This document shows positions 1 to 10,506 of a stretch of DNA of 64,000 nt, piece after piece. Under the pieces are notes generated by a model. It saw nothing but the letters and a program-made list of their open reading frames with translations. It ran no database searches and was not told the DNA's origin. Location: the NCBI GenBank assembly GCA_965248445.1, contig CBDFJG010000001.1:64001-128000 (forward strand), read 5' to 3'. The position numbers and the translations under genes are program-made. Origin of the DNA: Planctomycetota bacterium. GTDB lineage: Bacteria; Planctomycetota; JAJSAM01; JAJVHW01. Within the stretch, counting starts at the first letter, position 1, and each line of letters opens with the position of its first letter.

Positions 1-34
1 CCGCCGCAGCCCCGCGCACGGCCTGCTGGTACTC

Positions 35-778
35 ATGCTGCTCGCTGAAGTGGCGTTCTTCGCGTACGCGCGTTCGGCCGGGACATGGAGCGACATCAAC
101 TCGCACCTCGGGCTGCTCGCGTTCGAGCTGTTCCTCCTCGTGCTGGCGGTCGCCGCCGCGGGCGCCACCGCGCTGGCACAAGACAAGGAGGCCAACACGC
201 TCGAGTTGATGCGCGCGGCACCATTGACACCGGCGCAGGTCGTGGTCGGGAAGCTTGCCGGTGTCCTGCGCACCCTGCTGCCCTGTCTGCTGGTGCCGTT
301 CGTGCATCTCCTGATCGCAGCCCACCACGGTGTGTTCTCGTGGCTGGCGGCACCCGCCGTGGCACTCACCGGCGTGGTCGCGCTCGGTGCGTGGGCGATC
401 GCCGGGCTCCACCAGTCCCTCGAGCAACGGCTGCCCCGCCGGGCGGTCTCGCGCACCACGGCGCTCCTCGGCATCGTGGGAATCATCGGCGCCGTCACGC
501 TCTACGGCCCCGCGTCGGGCCTGATGCGCGCCTTCGACGACTACATCGGCCTCTCGGCGTCCCTCGGCGCCAATCCCGTGGCCACGATGCTGCTGCCGGC
601 CACACTGCTCCGGACCGGGGGATCGAGCGCGGAGATGACGGTCGTACCAGCTCCAGACGCCGAAAGCCTCGCGGCCGGTGCGATCGCCCTCGGCATCTGG
701 TTGATGCTGCACCTCATCGCGGCATACTGGACGTACCGACGTCTGTTCGCGCTGTATCGCACGAGGTACGAGGGATGA
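35..778 (+). CDS. ABC-2-type permease-like membrane protein (probably 5'-truncated by the window edge)
   Basis: Several hydrophobic segments; permease-like motif 'DKEANTLELMRAAPLTPAQVVVGKL'; stop overlaps the next ATG (ATGA at 775-778). Confidence 0.65.
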   Translation: MLLAEVAFFAYARSAGTWSDINSHLGLLAFELFLLVLAVAAAGATALAQDKEANTLELMRAAPLTPAQVVVGKLAGVLRTLLPCLLVPFVHLLIAAHHGVFSWLAAPAVALTGVVALGAWAIAGLHQSLEQRLPRRAVSRTTALLGIVGIIGAVTLYGPASGLMRAFDDYIGLSASLGANPVATMLLPATLLRTGGSSAEMTVVPAPDAESLAAGAIALGIWLMLHLIAAYWTYRRLFALYRTRYEG

Positions 779-3690
779 CCGGCCTGCTCGCGCTGTCCAT
801 CGGATTGGGACGCCCGATCTGGCTCCTCGTCCTTTTGTTGGCGCCGCTGTTCGCGTGGTACGCGCTCCGGGGCTCCGGCGGGCTGTTCGGATCCGGCGGG
901 CGCCGCCGCGCAGGTGACGTGGCCGCAGTCGCCGCACGATCCGTGCTGCTGCTCCTGGTCGCTCTCGCGCTTGCCCTTCCGACGATCCGCCGGGACGCAG
1001 CCTTCCGCGCCGTGGCGTACGTCCTGGACGTGAGCGAGAGCGTCCCGGAGGACGCTTCGGCCATCGGGCGCGAGTTCGTGCGCCGTAGCGCGGAGTTGCG
1101 TGGAGAGGACGACGACGCCGCGCTCATCGTGTTCGCGGACGGCGCCGCCGTCGAGGCACCGTTCACGCGCATCTCGTATTCCGAGCGGCTTGAGCCGATC
1201 CCGATCGACCCCGAGCACATCGCCTCCGTCGTCCCGCGCGGCGAGAGCGACATCGCCGGCGCGCTCCAGATCTCACGCGCGAGCTTCCCGCCCGGCGGCG
1301 CTCGCCGGATCGTGCTGGTGACGGACGGGAACGAGACGCGCGGCAGCGCGGTGGAGACCGTGCGCGACCTCGTCGACGGCGGCGCCGACGTGCAGGTCGT
1401 GCCGCTCCGATTCGAGCGCGAGCGCGACGTACTGGTCCAGAAACTGGTCGTCCCCGCCACCGTCGAGGAGCGCCAGCCCGCCCCCGTGCGCGCCGTGATC
1501 GAGAGCACGCACGCCGGCGTGGACGCGCAGGTGCGGTTCATCGTGGACGGCGAGGAGGTCTACTCGTCGAACGAGACGCTGCGTGAGGGCCGCAACGTCT
1601 ATGAGATGGGCTATCCGTTCGAGGGCCAGGGATATCACCGCGTAGAGGTGCGCGTCGATCCTGTGCTCGACGGCGATCCGCGCAACAACGTGGGGATGGC
1701 CGCAACGCGGGTGAGAAGCACCGGCCGCGTGCTGGTCGTCACGACCGCCGACTCATCCCACCTCGCGTCCGCTCTGAACGACGACCTCGACGTTCCCGTG
1801 GACGCAGCCGGCGTGGCCGCGCTCCCCGTCGCTGCGGGCGGCTACGTGGACTACGACTGCGTCGTGCTGGAGAACGTTCCGGCCTTCGCCATGAGCGCCA
1901 CACAGCGACGCGTGCTCGCGGCCGCCGTGCGCGACCTCGGTGTGGGCCTCGTCTGCATCGGCGGCAACGACTCCTACGGCCCCGGCGGCTACGCCGGCAC
2001 GCCGCTCGAAGAGGTCTTGCCGGTCTCGTGCGACATTCGGCAGAAGCGCGTGCTCCCGAGCGGCGCGCTCGTCGTGATCCTGCACACGTGCGAGTTCCCC
2101 GGCGGAAACACCGCTGCTCGGCAGATCACCGTCGCCGCGATGCAAGCGCTCTCGTCGAACGACGAGTTCGGCGTGCTTCTGTACACGGGAGTCGTGGAGT
2201 GGCTCATCCCGCTCGAGCGATTGGGCGACAAGCGCCGCCACATGTCGACGATCAAGAACGCAGCGCCGGCGGACATGCCGAGCTTCGACGACACGATGAT
2301 CAAGGCTGAGAAGGCGCTCGCCGAGTGCACGGCCGCGACCAAGCACATGATCATCATCTCGGACGGCGATCCGACGCCGCCGAACAAGAAGCTCGCCGCG
2401 CGCATCAAGGCGCAGCGCATCACCATGTCCACCGTGTGCGTCGATCCGCACATGCCCGAATCGAGCGCGGTGATGAAGAGGCTCTCGAGCGAGGCGGGCG
2501 GCCGGCACTACGACATCTCATCGAAGAACCTCTCGCGCCTCCCCCAGATCTTCATCAAGGAAGCCGTGACCGTCCGCCGCTCAGCCTGGCGCAACGAAGC
2601 GTTCACGCCGGCGCTCTCCGGCACTCACGTGATGTTGCGAGGCTTCAAGGACTCCGGCTTCCCGCAGCTGGGCGGCTACACCGTCACGTCCCTGAAGCCC
2701 CGCGCCGAGCAGCTGATGACCGCGCAGCACGACGATCCTCTGCTCGCCACCTGGCGGCACGGCCTCGGGGAGGTGACGGCGTGGACGTCGGACGCCGGCT
2801 CGGGACGCATGAAATGGGCCGGGCCGTGGCTCGGCTGGGGGGGCTACAGCCGGTTCTTCGGACAGATGGTGCGGGCGACCGCCCGTGCACTCGAGCGATC
2901 GACCGCACACGTCGTGGTGGACGTCGAGGGCGGCCGCGCGCACGTGGTTCTCGACGCCCTCACACCGGACGGGTCTTTCGAGAACGGCCTGCGGGTGACC
3001 GGGCTCGCCGTGCGACCGGACGGCGAGACGGTCGAGTTCGAGGTCGCGCAGTCCGGACCCGGCCGGTACGAGGGGCGGTTCCCCGCCAGCGACGTCGGCA
3101 CGTACGTCGCGTCGCTGCTGATCCGCTCGCCCGACGGCGACGCCGACGAGAAGCCCCGCCAAGCGCTGGCGGCGGCGTCCGTCGCCTACTCCGCCGAACA
3201 CCGCGCGCAGCGCTCGAACGAACGACTGTTCGCAATGCTCGAGACAGCGGGCGCGACCATCGTGGATCTCGACGCCGACGTCCCGGCAGACGGTGGCGAG
3301 ATCGCGGACCCCGCGCTCGCTCCTTGGTCCGGACCGTTGCTCTCGTCGGAGGAGCCGGTCCCACTGTGGCCGTGGATCGCTGCGCTCGCGGCGCTGGTGA
3401 TGGTCATCGACGTCGCCGTTCGGCGGCTGCGGCTCAAGCTGCCGCAGCGCATCAAGAAGACGGCCGAGGCCGCCAAGTCCCTGCCTGCAAAGGCGGCTCG
3501 GCTGTCCGAGCGGATGGCCCGGCCGGGCGGCGCCTACGTGCCACCGACCGAGACGTCGGCGGCGCAGGCTGCGGCACCCAGCGAGAAGAAACCGGATGCG
3601 ACCACGGAGAGCGGAACGGCACCGGCCAGCGGCCTGCTCTCCGCGAAGAAGAAGGCCAAGAAGAAGCAGTCGTGGGAGGAGAACCAGTGA
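775..3690 (+). CDS. Membrane-anchored VWA-domain / glutamine amidotransferase-like protein
   Basis: MIDAS-like 'VLDVSES' and 'VLVTDGNE'; 'GG.DSYGPGGY.GTPLEEVLPV' GATase-like block; second VWA 'IIISDG'; TM helices at both ends; true start taken as ATG 775 within ORF 85..3690. Confidence 0.8.
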   Translation: MTGLLALSIGLGRPIWLLVLLLAPLFAWYALRGSGGLFGSGGRRRAGDVAAVAARSVLLLLVALALALPTIRRDAAFRAVAYVLDVSESVPEDASAIGREFVRRSAELRGEDDDAALIVFADGAAVEAPFTRISYSERLEPIPIDPEHIASVVPRGESDIAGALQISRASFPPGGARRIVLVTDGNETRGSAVETVRDLVDGGADVQVVPLRFERERDVLVQKLVVPATVEERQPAPVRAVIESTHAGVDAQVRFIVDGEEVYSSNETLREGRNVYEMGYPFEGQGYHRVEVRVDPVLDGDPRNNVGMAATRVRSTGRVLVVTTADSSHLASALNDDLDVPVDAAGVAALPVAAGGYVDYDCVVLENVPAFAMSATQRRVLAAAVRDLGVGLVCIGGNDSYGPGGYAGTPLEEVLPVSCDIRQKRVLPSGALVVILHTCEFPGGNTAARQITVAAMQALSSNDEFGVLLYTGVVEWLIPLERLGDKRRHMSTIKNAAPADMPSFDDTMIKAEKALAECTAATKHMIIISDGDPTPPNKKLAARIKAQRITMSTVCVDPHMPESSAVMKRLSSEAGGRHYDISSKNLSRLPQIFIKEAVTVRRSAWRNEAFTPALSGTHVMLRGFKDSGFPQLGGYTVTSLKPRAEQLMTAQHDDPLLATWRHGLGEVTAWTSDAGSGRMKWAGPWLGWGGYSRFFGQMVRATARALERSTAHVVVDVEGGRAHVVLDALTPDGSFENGLRVTGLAVRPDGETVEFEVAQSGPGRYEGRFPASDVGTYVASLLIRSPDGDADEKPRQALAAASVAYSAEHRAQRSNERLFAMLETAGATIVDLDADVPADGGEIADPALAPWSGPLLSSEEPVPLWPWIAALAALVMVIDVAVRRLRLKLPQRIKKTAEAAKSLPAKAARLSERMARPGGAYVPPTETSAAQAAAPSEKKPDATTESGTAPASGLLSAKKKAKKKQSWEENQ

Positions 3691-4709
3691 GCCCGATCGA
3701 GATGCCAGCGGATGCGCGTGAGCGTGCCGAGTTGTTCCGGGACCGCTACGGCACCGTCCGCGCCGAGGTCTCGAAGGTGATCGTCGGACAGGACGACGTG
3801 GTCGACACCGTCCTGCGCGCGTTCTTCGCCGGCGGCAACGTGCTGCTCGAAGGCGTACCCGGCCTCGGGAAGACCATGCTGGTGCGGACACTGTCCGAGG
3901 CGCTGCAACTGCGGTTCAAGCGAATTCAGTTCACGCCCGACCTGATGCCCGCGGACGTCGTCGGCACGACCATCGTGACCGAGGACGACGACGGGAAACG
4001 CGTGATGGTCTTCCGCAAGGGTCCGATCTTCGCCAACCTCGTGCTGGCGGACGAGATCAACCGCGCAACTCCCAAGACACAGAGCGCGCTGCTCGAGGCG
4101 ATGCAGGAACAGAGTGTCACGGTGGGCGGCGAGACGCGTCAACTCGAGAAGCCGTTCCTCGTCATCGCGACACAGAACCCGATCGACATGGAGGGCACGT
4201 ATCCCCTGCCGGAGGCGCAACTCGACCGATTCATGGTCAAGGTGCTCGTGGGATACGGCACACGGGAGGACCTGAACGAGGTCATCCGGCGCACAACCCG
4301 CGGGGACTTCCCGCGAGCCGCGAAGGTCATGGACGCCGGGGAGGTCGTGCAATGGCGCGACTTCGTCCGCGACGTCGCAGTGGCCCCGCACGTGGCCGAC
4401 TTCGCGACGCGTCTGGTCATCGCGACCCACCCGGGGTCGACGTACGCCCCGGACGAGGTGAACCACTACGTGCGGTTCGGGGCGTCGCCCCGCGGCGCGC
4501 AGGCGCTGATCCTCATGGCCAAGGTGCGCGCGCTCCTCGAGGGCCGATACAACGTCTCGTTCCGTGATGTAGCGCGCGAGGCGAACTCTGTCCTGCGCCA
4601 CCGGCTCATCCGCAACTTCGAGGCGGAGGCGGACGGCATCGAACAGGAGCAGATCGTGGCCGAGGTCGTTCGCGTGACGAAACAAGAAGACCAACTCGCC
4701 TCCGCCTAG
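3687..4709 (+). CDS. moxR: MoxR-family AAA+ ATPase
   Basis: Walker A 'GVPGLGKT', 'RIQFTPDLMPADV', Walker B 'LADEINRA', 'ATQNPIDMEGTYPLPEAQLDRF'; GTG start overlaps the upstream TGA. Confidence 0.93.
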   Translation: MSPIEMPADARERAELFRDRYGTVRAEVSKVIVGQDDVVDTVLRAFFAGGNVLLEGVPGLGKTMLVRTLSEALQLRFKRIQFTPDLMPADVVGTTIVTEDDDGKRVMVFRKGPIFANLVLADEINRATPKTQSALLEAMQEQSVTVGGETRQLEKPFLVIATQNPIDMEGTYPLPEAQLDRFMVKVLVGYGTREDLNEVIRRTTRGDFPRAAKVMDAGEVVQWRDFVRDVAVAPHVADFATRLVIATHPGSTYAPDEVNHYVRFGASPRGAQALILMAKVRALLEGRYNVSFRDVAREANSVLRHRLIRNFEAEADGIEQEQIVAEVVRVTKQEDQLASA

Positions 4710-4721
4710 CGAGCCCCGGTC

Positions 4722-5597
4722 ATGCCTCTTCTGGACCGCGACTTCCTGGCCCGGCTGGAGCGACTCGAGATCGTGTCGCGGCGGCTGCGTCGTGGATCCA
4801 CGCGCGGCGAGCGCCGATCGCTTCGCCGAGGGTCGTCCGTGGAGTTCGCGGATCACCGGCAGTACGGCGCCGGTGACGATCTTCGCTTCCTCGACTGGAA
4901 CCTCTACGCGCGCCTCGACCAGCTGATGACGAAGCTGTTCTACGACGAGGAGGACCTGCAGATCTTCCTGGTCGTCGATCGCAGCGCGTCGATGGAGTTC
5001 GGCGAACCCACGAAGGCGCTCGTGGCGAAACGGATCGCCGCGGCGCTCGGCTACGTCGCACTGCTCGGCCAGAACCGCGTGAACCTGTTTACCCCGGGCG
5101 AGGGCGGCGACGTCGAGGTCCGTCACCTGCGCGGGCGGATCGCCTCGCAACGACTGTTCGATGCGCTCGAGCGCGCCCCCGTGGGCGGCGCGGCCGGGCT
5201 GGACGACTCGCTCAAGCGGTACATCGGGACACGGCGGCCGCGCGGGGTGATCGTCCTCGTCTCCGACTTCCTCCACCCCGACGGCGCGTGGGAGCACCTG
5301 CGCGCGATCGTGCGAGGCGGGTTGGAGCCGTTCTGCGTCCGCGTGCTTGCCCCGCAGGAGGTCGAGCCCGATCTCGAGGGCGACCTGCGGCTGGTCGACG
5401 TCGAGGAACGCGGCGCGGTGGACGTCAGCATCTCCCCGTCACTGCTGGAGCGATATCACGCTGCGCGGCTCGACTATGACCGCCGGCTGGATCAGTTCTG
5501 CCGTAGCCGGCAAATCGTGCTGGCCGAGACGCACACCGACATGCCGATCGAGATCCTCGTGCTCGAGATTCTCCGGCGCAAGGGTCTGCTGCGGTGA
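4722..5597 (+). CDS. DUF58 domain protein
   Basis: 'GSSVEFADHRQYGAGDDLRFLDWN', 'VDRSASM', 'SDFL'; typical MoxR operon partner. Confidence 0.9.
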   Translation: MPLLDRDFLARLERLEIVSRRLRRGSTRGERRSLRRGSSVEFADHRQYGAGDDLRFLDWNLYARLDQLMTKLFYDEEDLQIFLVVDRSASMEFGEPTKALVAKRIAAALGYVALLGQNRVNLFTPGEGGDVEVRHLRGRIASQRLFDALERAPVGGAAGLDDSLKRYIGTRRPRGVIVLVSDFLHPDGAWEHLRAIVRGGLEPFCVRVLAPQEVEPDLEGDLRLVDVEERGAVDVSISPSLLERYHAARLDYDRRLDQFCRSRQIVLAETHTDMPIEILVLEILRRKGLLR

Positions 5598-7450
5598 GCC
5601 TCCTCTTCCCGCTCGGAATCGCCGCGCTCGGCGCACTCGTGCCGCTGATCGTCCTGTACATCCTCAAGCAACGGCGTGAGGACTACCCGATCTCCGCAGC
5701 GTTCCTGTGGCAGCACGCACTGGAGGATCTGCGCGCGTCGTCTCTGTTCCAGCGGTTGCGCACGCCGCTCCTCCTCTTCCTGCAGGCGCTCGCCGTGATC
5801 CTGTTCGCGCTGGCGGCAGCGGGCGCGTCGCTGGATCTCGACCTCGGCCGCGAACCGCGACGAACGATCCTGGTCATCGACCGCAGTGCGAGCATGCGCG
5901 CCACCGACGAGGACGGGGGTTCGCGATTCGAGGTCGCGATCGAACTCGCCCATGATGCCGTCAGCGGACTGCGCACCGGCGACGAGATGATGATCATCGC
6001 GTTCGACGATGAGGCGCAGGTGATCACATCGTTCCTGGACGAAGGGGACGTGCTCGACGACGCCCTTGACCGGCTCGAAGCGCGCGATCTGGCGAGCGAA
6101 CCCGTCGGCGCCTTGCGCCTTGCGGACTCGTTCGCACAGGCGTCTCCGGGGTTCAAGGCCGAGGCGATCGTCATCTCCGACGGTGCAGTCGAGGGCGAGT
6201 TACCGCTCCTCTCCTGCGAGACCCGCTTCGCGCGCGTTGGCAAAAGCGATGAGAACCAGGGCTTCGCCGACGTGCACCTGGAGCAGATGCCCGGCGAAGC
6301 CGCGCAGCTGTTCGTCAGGATCGTCAACGGTGACGACGCGCCCGTGTCGCGCAGCGTGCTCGTGCGTCGCAACGGAGAGGTCACCGACGCGCGCCAGGTG
6401 GATCTCCCCGCGAGCGGCGACGTCGCGACCTTCTTCGAGTTCGAAGAGCCCGAGGGGGACGAGGTCCAGATCCTCGAGGTCGCGCTGGACGGCGAGGACA
6501 TCCTCGCGAGTGACAACCGGGTTCGGCTGCTGCTCCGCCCGGCGGTGCCGAGGACCGGTGTTCTCGTCCGTCCGTCGAAGACCGTGTACCTCGATCCGCG
6601 CAAGCTGGAAGCGCTGCACCCGGGGCTCGCGATGATCGAGGCGACTCCCGACGACGCGGCAGGTCTTGTCGCCGCAGGCGGCGTGGATCTCGTGATCTAC
6701 GACGGAGTGTCGCCCGCCGTCATCCCCGAGGTCGCCGCGCAGATCTACATCGGTGCCCTGCCCCCGGACAGCGGTCTCATCTCCGTCGGCATGCTGGAAC
6801 TGCCCAGCGTCATCGATTGGGACCGCACGCACCCGGTGACGACGCGCTGTCAGTTCGACGACGTCTGGGTCCTCGAAGCGTCCGATCTGAGCGGCCATGA
6901 GCGCTCCCAGCCACTGGTCGAGACCACGGGTGACCCGCTCGTACTGCTCACACCCGTCCCGGGCCGCGAGGTCCTGGTGATCGCCTTCGATCCGTCGAGG
7001 TCGAACTTGCCGCTGAAGCTCGCCTGGCCACTCATGCTCGCCAACTCGCTCGACCATCTGTTGCGCGGCGTGCAACGCACGGGCGAGGAGCCACTGCACG
7101 AGACCGGTGCGCCGATCCACGACGATGAGCCGTTCACCGTTGTCGCTCCCGGAGGAGAGAAGCACGATTCGAAGCCGTCCCACGATGGGCGCGCCGTGTT
7201 TCGCGAGACCTACGACGCGGGCGTCTACTCGATGACGCGGGACGACGGCAGCGAGGACCTGCGGGCGTTCGCGTTGCTCAACGCCGCCGAGGTGCGGGTG
7301 CGGCCGCGCGAAGAGCTCGTGCTCGGAGGCGACAAGGTCGCGTCGGCCGGCGGCGGGCTGCGGCGCAACGTCCTGCTGCGCGATCCGCTGCTCCTGCTCG
7401 TCCTCGGCCTGCTGATCCTCGAGTGGGCGGTGTGGTGCGGCCGCCGCTAG
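5594..7450 (+). CDS. BatA/VWA domain membrane protein
   Basis: BatA-like N-terminus 'LIVLYILK..R'; VWA 'IDRSASM' and 'ISDG'; C-terminal TM 'LLILEW'. Confidence 0.85.
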   Translation: MSLLFPLGIAALGALVPLIVLYILKQRREDYPISAAFLWQHALEDLRASSLFQRLRTPLLLFLQALAVILFALAAAGASLDLDLGREPRRTILVIDRSASMRATDEDGGSRFEVAIELAHDAVSGLRTGDEMMIIAFDDEAQVITSFLDEGDVLDDALDRLEARDLASEPVGALRLADSFAQASPGFKAEAIVISDGAVEGELPLLSCETRFARVGKSDENQGFADVHLEQMPGEAAQLFVRIVNGDDAPVSRSVLVRRNGEVTDARQVDLPASGDVATFFEFEEPEGDEVQILEVALDGEDILASDNRVRLLLRPAVPRTGVLVRPSKTVYLDPRKLEALHPGLAMIEATPDDAAGLVAAGGVDLVIYDGVSPAVIPEVAAQIYIGALPPDSGLISVGMLELPSVIDWDRTHPVTTRCQFDDVWVLEASDLSGHERSQPLVETTGDPLVLLTPVPGREVLVIAFDPSRSNLPLKLAWPLMLANSLDHLLRGVQRTGEEPLHETGAPIHDDEPFTVVAPGGEKHDSKPSHDGRAVFRETYDAGVYSMTRDDGSEDLRAFALLNAAEVRVRPREELVLGGDKVASAGGGLRRNVLLRDPLLLLVLGLLILEWAVWCGRR

Positions 7451-7513
7451 CGGTCGCGTCGCGTCACTCGGGTCGCTAAGGCGCCCCTCGCGCCTCTCCT
7501 TGCCCGCGTGTCT

Positions 7514-7704
7514 CCCTCCTACTCGGACTCCGTCCGCTACGGAGGAGGTCGGTCACGCCGCTTGCTATGCAACCGTCGCGCCCTCCCGATTCGGACTCGA
7601 ACAGACAGCTCGCCGTAGGGGCGGGCCGATGCGCCCACCCGCGGCCGGAGCAGCCCACGATGACTGGGCGGGCCGGGATTCCCGTGGGCGCGCAGCCCAC
7701 GGGA
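7514..7704. repeat. REP-like intergenic palindrome cluster (copy 1)
   Basis: 7514-7545 matches 41049-41080 at 28/32 nt; GTAG-led palindrome near 7615; hairpin TCCCGTGGGC-gcgca-GCCCACGGGA at 7680-7704. Confidence 0.55.
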
Positions 7705-7718
7705 CGGAACATCACTCC

Positions 7719-8858
7719 ATGTCGATCGAAGTGCTGAGTGACAAGAGCGGCCTGCGCGAGATCCGGCGCAAGGTCGAGCGGGAGGAACGGCTCACGTTCG
7801 ACGACGGTGTCGCGCTCTACGCGACGCCCGAGATCGCCGGTCTGATGGAACTCGCCGACTTCGCCAACCGCCGCGTGAACGGGCTGCGCGTTGGCTACAA
7901 CGTCAACCGACACATCAACTACTCGAACATCTGCATGCTGAGCTGCATGTTCTGTGCCTTCGCCAAGAAGCGCGGCGAAGACGGTGCGTACGAGTTCTCG
8001 ATGGACGAGATCATGGAGCGCTCGCGCGAGGCGTACGAAGGCGGCGCCGACGAGTTGCACATCGTCGGTGGACTGCACCCCGACTATCCGTACGAGTACT
8101 ACCCCGAGATGCTCCGCGCCATTCGCGCGCGCTACCCGGAACTGCACCTCAAGGCATTCACCGCCGTCGAGATCGATTATCTCGCCGAACTGTCCGGCAA
8201 GTCCCACGCGGACGTGCTGCGCGAGCTGCTCCACGCGGGTCTCGGCTCGATGCCCGGTGGCGGCGCAGAGATCCTCACCGATCGCGTCTGGAACCGCGTG
8301 TACCGGGACAAGATGGGACCGGACAAGTGGATCCAGGTGATCCGCACCGCGCACCTGACGGGCGTCAAGACCAACTCGACGATGCTCCACGGCCACGTCG
8401 AACGGGATGACGAGAAGGTCACCCACCTACTCCGGCTGCGCGAGCTGCAGGATGAGACCGGCGGCTTCATGACCTACATCCCGCTGCGCTTCCACCCCGA
8501 GAACACGCCGATCCAGAAGCTCGGCATCGTCCACGGAGTCTCGTCCGTCCGGGAGATCGCCGTCGGGCGACTGCTGTTCGACAACGTCCCCCACGTGAAG
8601 ACGTACTGGATCATGACGAGTCTCGAGGTTGCCCAGATCTGCCTGGCCGCCGGAGCCGACGACATGGACGGCACCGTGGTGGAGGAGAAGATCACGCACA
8701 TGGCCGGCGCCACCACCCCCGAGCACGTCTCGGAGGAAGACCTGCGGCGGATCATCCAGGAAGCGGGTCGGGTCCCCTACCGCCGCGACACGGTCTACAA
8801 CGAGCTGCCCTACCCGGCGCCGCCCCGCGCCCCCCGGCCGGTCCTGGCCTCGAACTGA
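7719..8858 (+). CDS. mqnE: Aminofutalosine synthase MqnE (CofH/MqnC/MqnE radical SAM family)
   Basis: 'NRHINYSNICMLSCMFCAF' CxxxCxxC, 'ELHIVGGLHP', 'SMPGGGAEI', 'DGTVVEEKITHMAGA'; start ATG 7719. Confidence 0.85.
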   Translation: MSIEVLSDKSGLREIRRKVEREERLTFDDGVALYATPEIAGLMELADFANRRVNGLRVGYNVNRHINYSNICMLSCMFCAFAKKRGEDGAYEFSMDEIMERSREAYEGGADELHIVGGLHPDYPYEYYPEMLRAIRARYPELHLKAFTAVEIDYLAELSGKSHADVLRELLHAGLGSMPGGGAEILTDRVWNRVYRDKMGPDKWIQVIRTAHLTGVKTNSTMLHGHVERDDEKVTHLLRLRELQDETGGFMTYIPLRFHPENTPIQKLGIVHGVSSVREIAVGRLLFDNVPHVKTYWIMTSLEVAQICLAAGADDMDGTVVEEKITHMAGATTPEHVSEEDLRRIIQEAGRVPYRRDTVYNELPYPAPPRAPRPVLASN

Positions 8859-8988
8859 TCCCGACTCGCCTCAGCCTCCGGTTCGATCACAGAGGCGGAA
8901 AAGTTCCGGGCGGCCTCGCTCATAGACACACGGTAGGGCCCGGTATGTAGTCGGCCTGCCATCACCCCGTAAGCCGGAGAACAGCACG

Positions 8989-9501
8989 ATGAGGAAGGTC
9001 TTCGTTACCGCCCTGGCGCTCGCCGCCGTGGCCATGGCAGGCTGCCACACGGCCAAGCCCGCCGACCAGCGCTTCCACAACACCGTCGTCGACACCGTCG
9101 ACGCGCCCAGTGTTGTGATGGCGAACCTGACCGCAGACGCCACGAACAACGGCTTCGGCGTCAGCCAGTCGGGTCCGTTCGATCTCGTCGTCGACTTCGG
9201 CGAGCAGGTCATGCGCGTCCCGGTGCCCACCGACTACGGGATCTGGGGCTCGCGGGTCTCGTTCCGCAACACGCGTGTGCGCGGCAGCGCGGCCTACAGC
9301 GTCTCTGCCGCGCCCGGCGGAGGCAGCCGCATCCGCATGAGCAACAACCCGATCTATTATCACCCCGACATCGGCAACTGGCTGCCGGGACCCTACGACG
9401 TGCCGCCGGGCGGCGGCGTGCTCGACGACCTCGGCGAACAGGTCGAGACCGATGAGATCGTCCTCGTCGACTCCGACTCCTCGATCGTCCTCGTCAAGTA
9501 G
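8989..9501 (+). CDS. Hypothetical lipoprotein
   Basis: Signal peptide with lipobox 'AMAG-C'; GGAG upstream. Confidence 0.7.
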   Translation: MRKVFVTALALAAVAMAGCHTAKPADQRFHNTVVDTVDAPSVVMANLTADATNNGFGVSQSGPFDLVVDFGEQVMRVPVPTDYGIWGSRVSFRNTRVRGSAAYSVSAAPGGGSRIRMSNNPIYYHPDIGNWLPGPYDVPPGGGVLDDLGEQVETDEIVLVDSDSSIVLVK

Positions 9502-9620
9502 CACGGCAGCCGGGCGCTGCGAGGCCAGCGGGCGACGGCCACCACCGCGGTGCCGTCGCCCGCTTCTCGTTCGCGGCCGGGATCGAACGCCACCTGCTCG
9601 AGCGGCAGGAGCGACCGCCC

Positions 9621-9657
9621 TCCCTCTTCCGCGTGCCCTTTCCCTCTTCCGCGTGCC
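9621..9657. repeat. 17-bp direct repeat (TCCCTCTTCCGCGTGCC x2, 20-bp period) upstream of the Gre factor gene
   Basis: Exact copies at 9621-9637 and 9641-9657. Confidence 0.8.
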
Positions 9658-9753
9658 GTGAGGAGCGCTACGATTCAGGGCTCGCCGCGGTTCTCCGGGA
9701 CCGCGGCGTCCTACCTGGACTCCGGCTGCCGGGTTCTCTCTGGAGATTCTGCG

Positions 9754-10227
9754 ATGTCCCGATTCATGACACGGATGCAATACCAGCGCCACGTCGCCGC
9801 TGTGAGGGCGTGCGAAGACAAGCTCGACATCGCGCGCAAGAAGGTGGGCAAGGCCGCCGAGCACGGCGACCTCTCGGAGAACGCCGAGTACGAGGCTGCC
9901 GTCGAGGAGTCAGGATTCCTCGCCGGGCGACTCGAGGAACTCCGTTCGGTCACGATCGGCACGAACGTCGTGGATCCACGCAACACGGACCCGGACATCG
10001 TCAGCCTCGGCAAGACGGTGCGCATCCGAGACGAGGAGACCGCCAAGGAGGTCGTCTATCACATCGTCGGAACCGGAGTTACGCAGACCGACGCAGGTGA
10101 GGTCAGCTACACCGCGCCACTGGGCGCCGCTCTGGTCGCGTCCCGGATCGACGACGTCGTGACGGCCAAGCTGCCTTCCGGCACCCGGCAATACCGAGTC
10201 CTCGAAATCTCGTACTACGAGGACTGA
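9754..10227 (+). CDS. greA: GreA/GreB family transcription elongation factor
   Basis: 'AAEHGDLSENAEYEAA' and 'SYTAPLGAAL' Gre motifs; start ATG 9754 after GGAG. Confidence 0.88.
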   Translation: MSRFMTRMQYQRHVAAVRACEDKLDIARKKVGKAAEHGDLSENAEYEAAVEESGFLAGRLEELRSVTIGTNVVDPRNTDPDIVSLGKTVRIRDEETAKEVVYHIVGTGVTQTDAGEVSYTAPLGAALVASRIDDVVTAKLPSGTRQYRVLEISYYED

Positions 10228-10506
10228 TCGCACCGGATCTGCGTCTGCGATCGACCCGCCGGGGCCCACGACATGATGCGGTCACGGTCGAGAACGCGAT
10301 GGAAGCGGCGATGGCGGGGTGCCTTGGAAACGAGACATGGCCGTCGATGTCGCCGCGATCCGCAACGCTGGGTGCACGCGACCCTCATTCGTGCAGCGGA
10401 TTCCCTTTCGGGGGTTGTTACGCTGCGCCAGTGAGTGAGATGGGCAGTGGGTTGAGAGATGGGGACTCTGATCCACTCGGTAACAGCAATAGGGAGACGT
10501 GCGGCG

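Noticed and set aside
85..774. N-terminal extension of ORF 85..3690, and similar extensions on ORFs 2325, 7500, 9550 and 11637
   Set aside because: Arg/Pro-rich read-through of other frames; better starts with RBS or stop-start coupling lie downstream.
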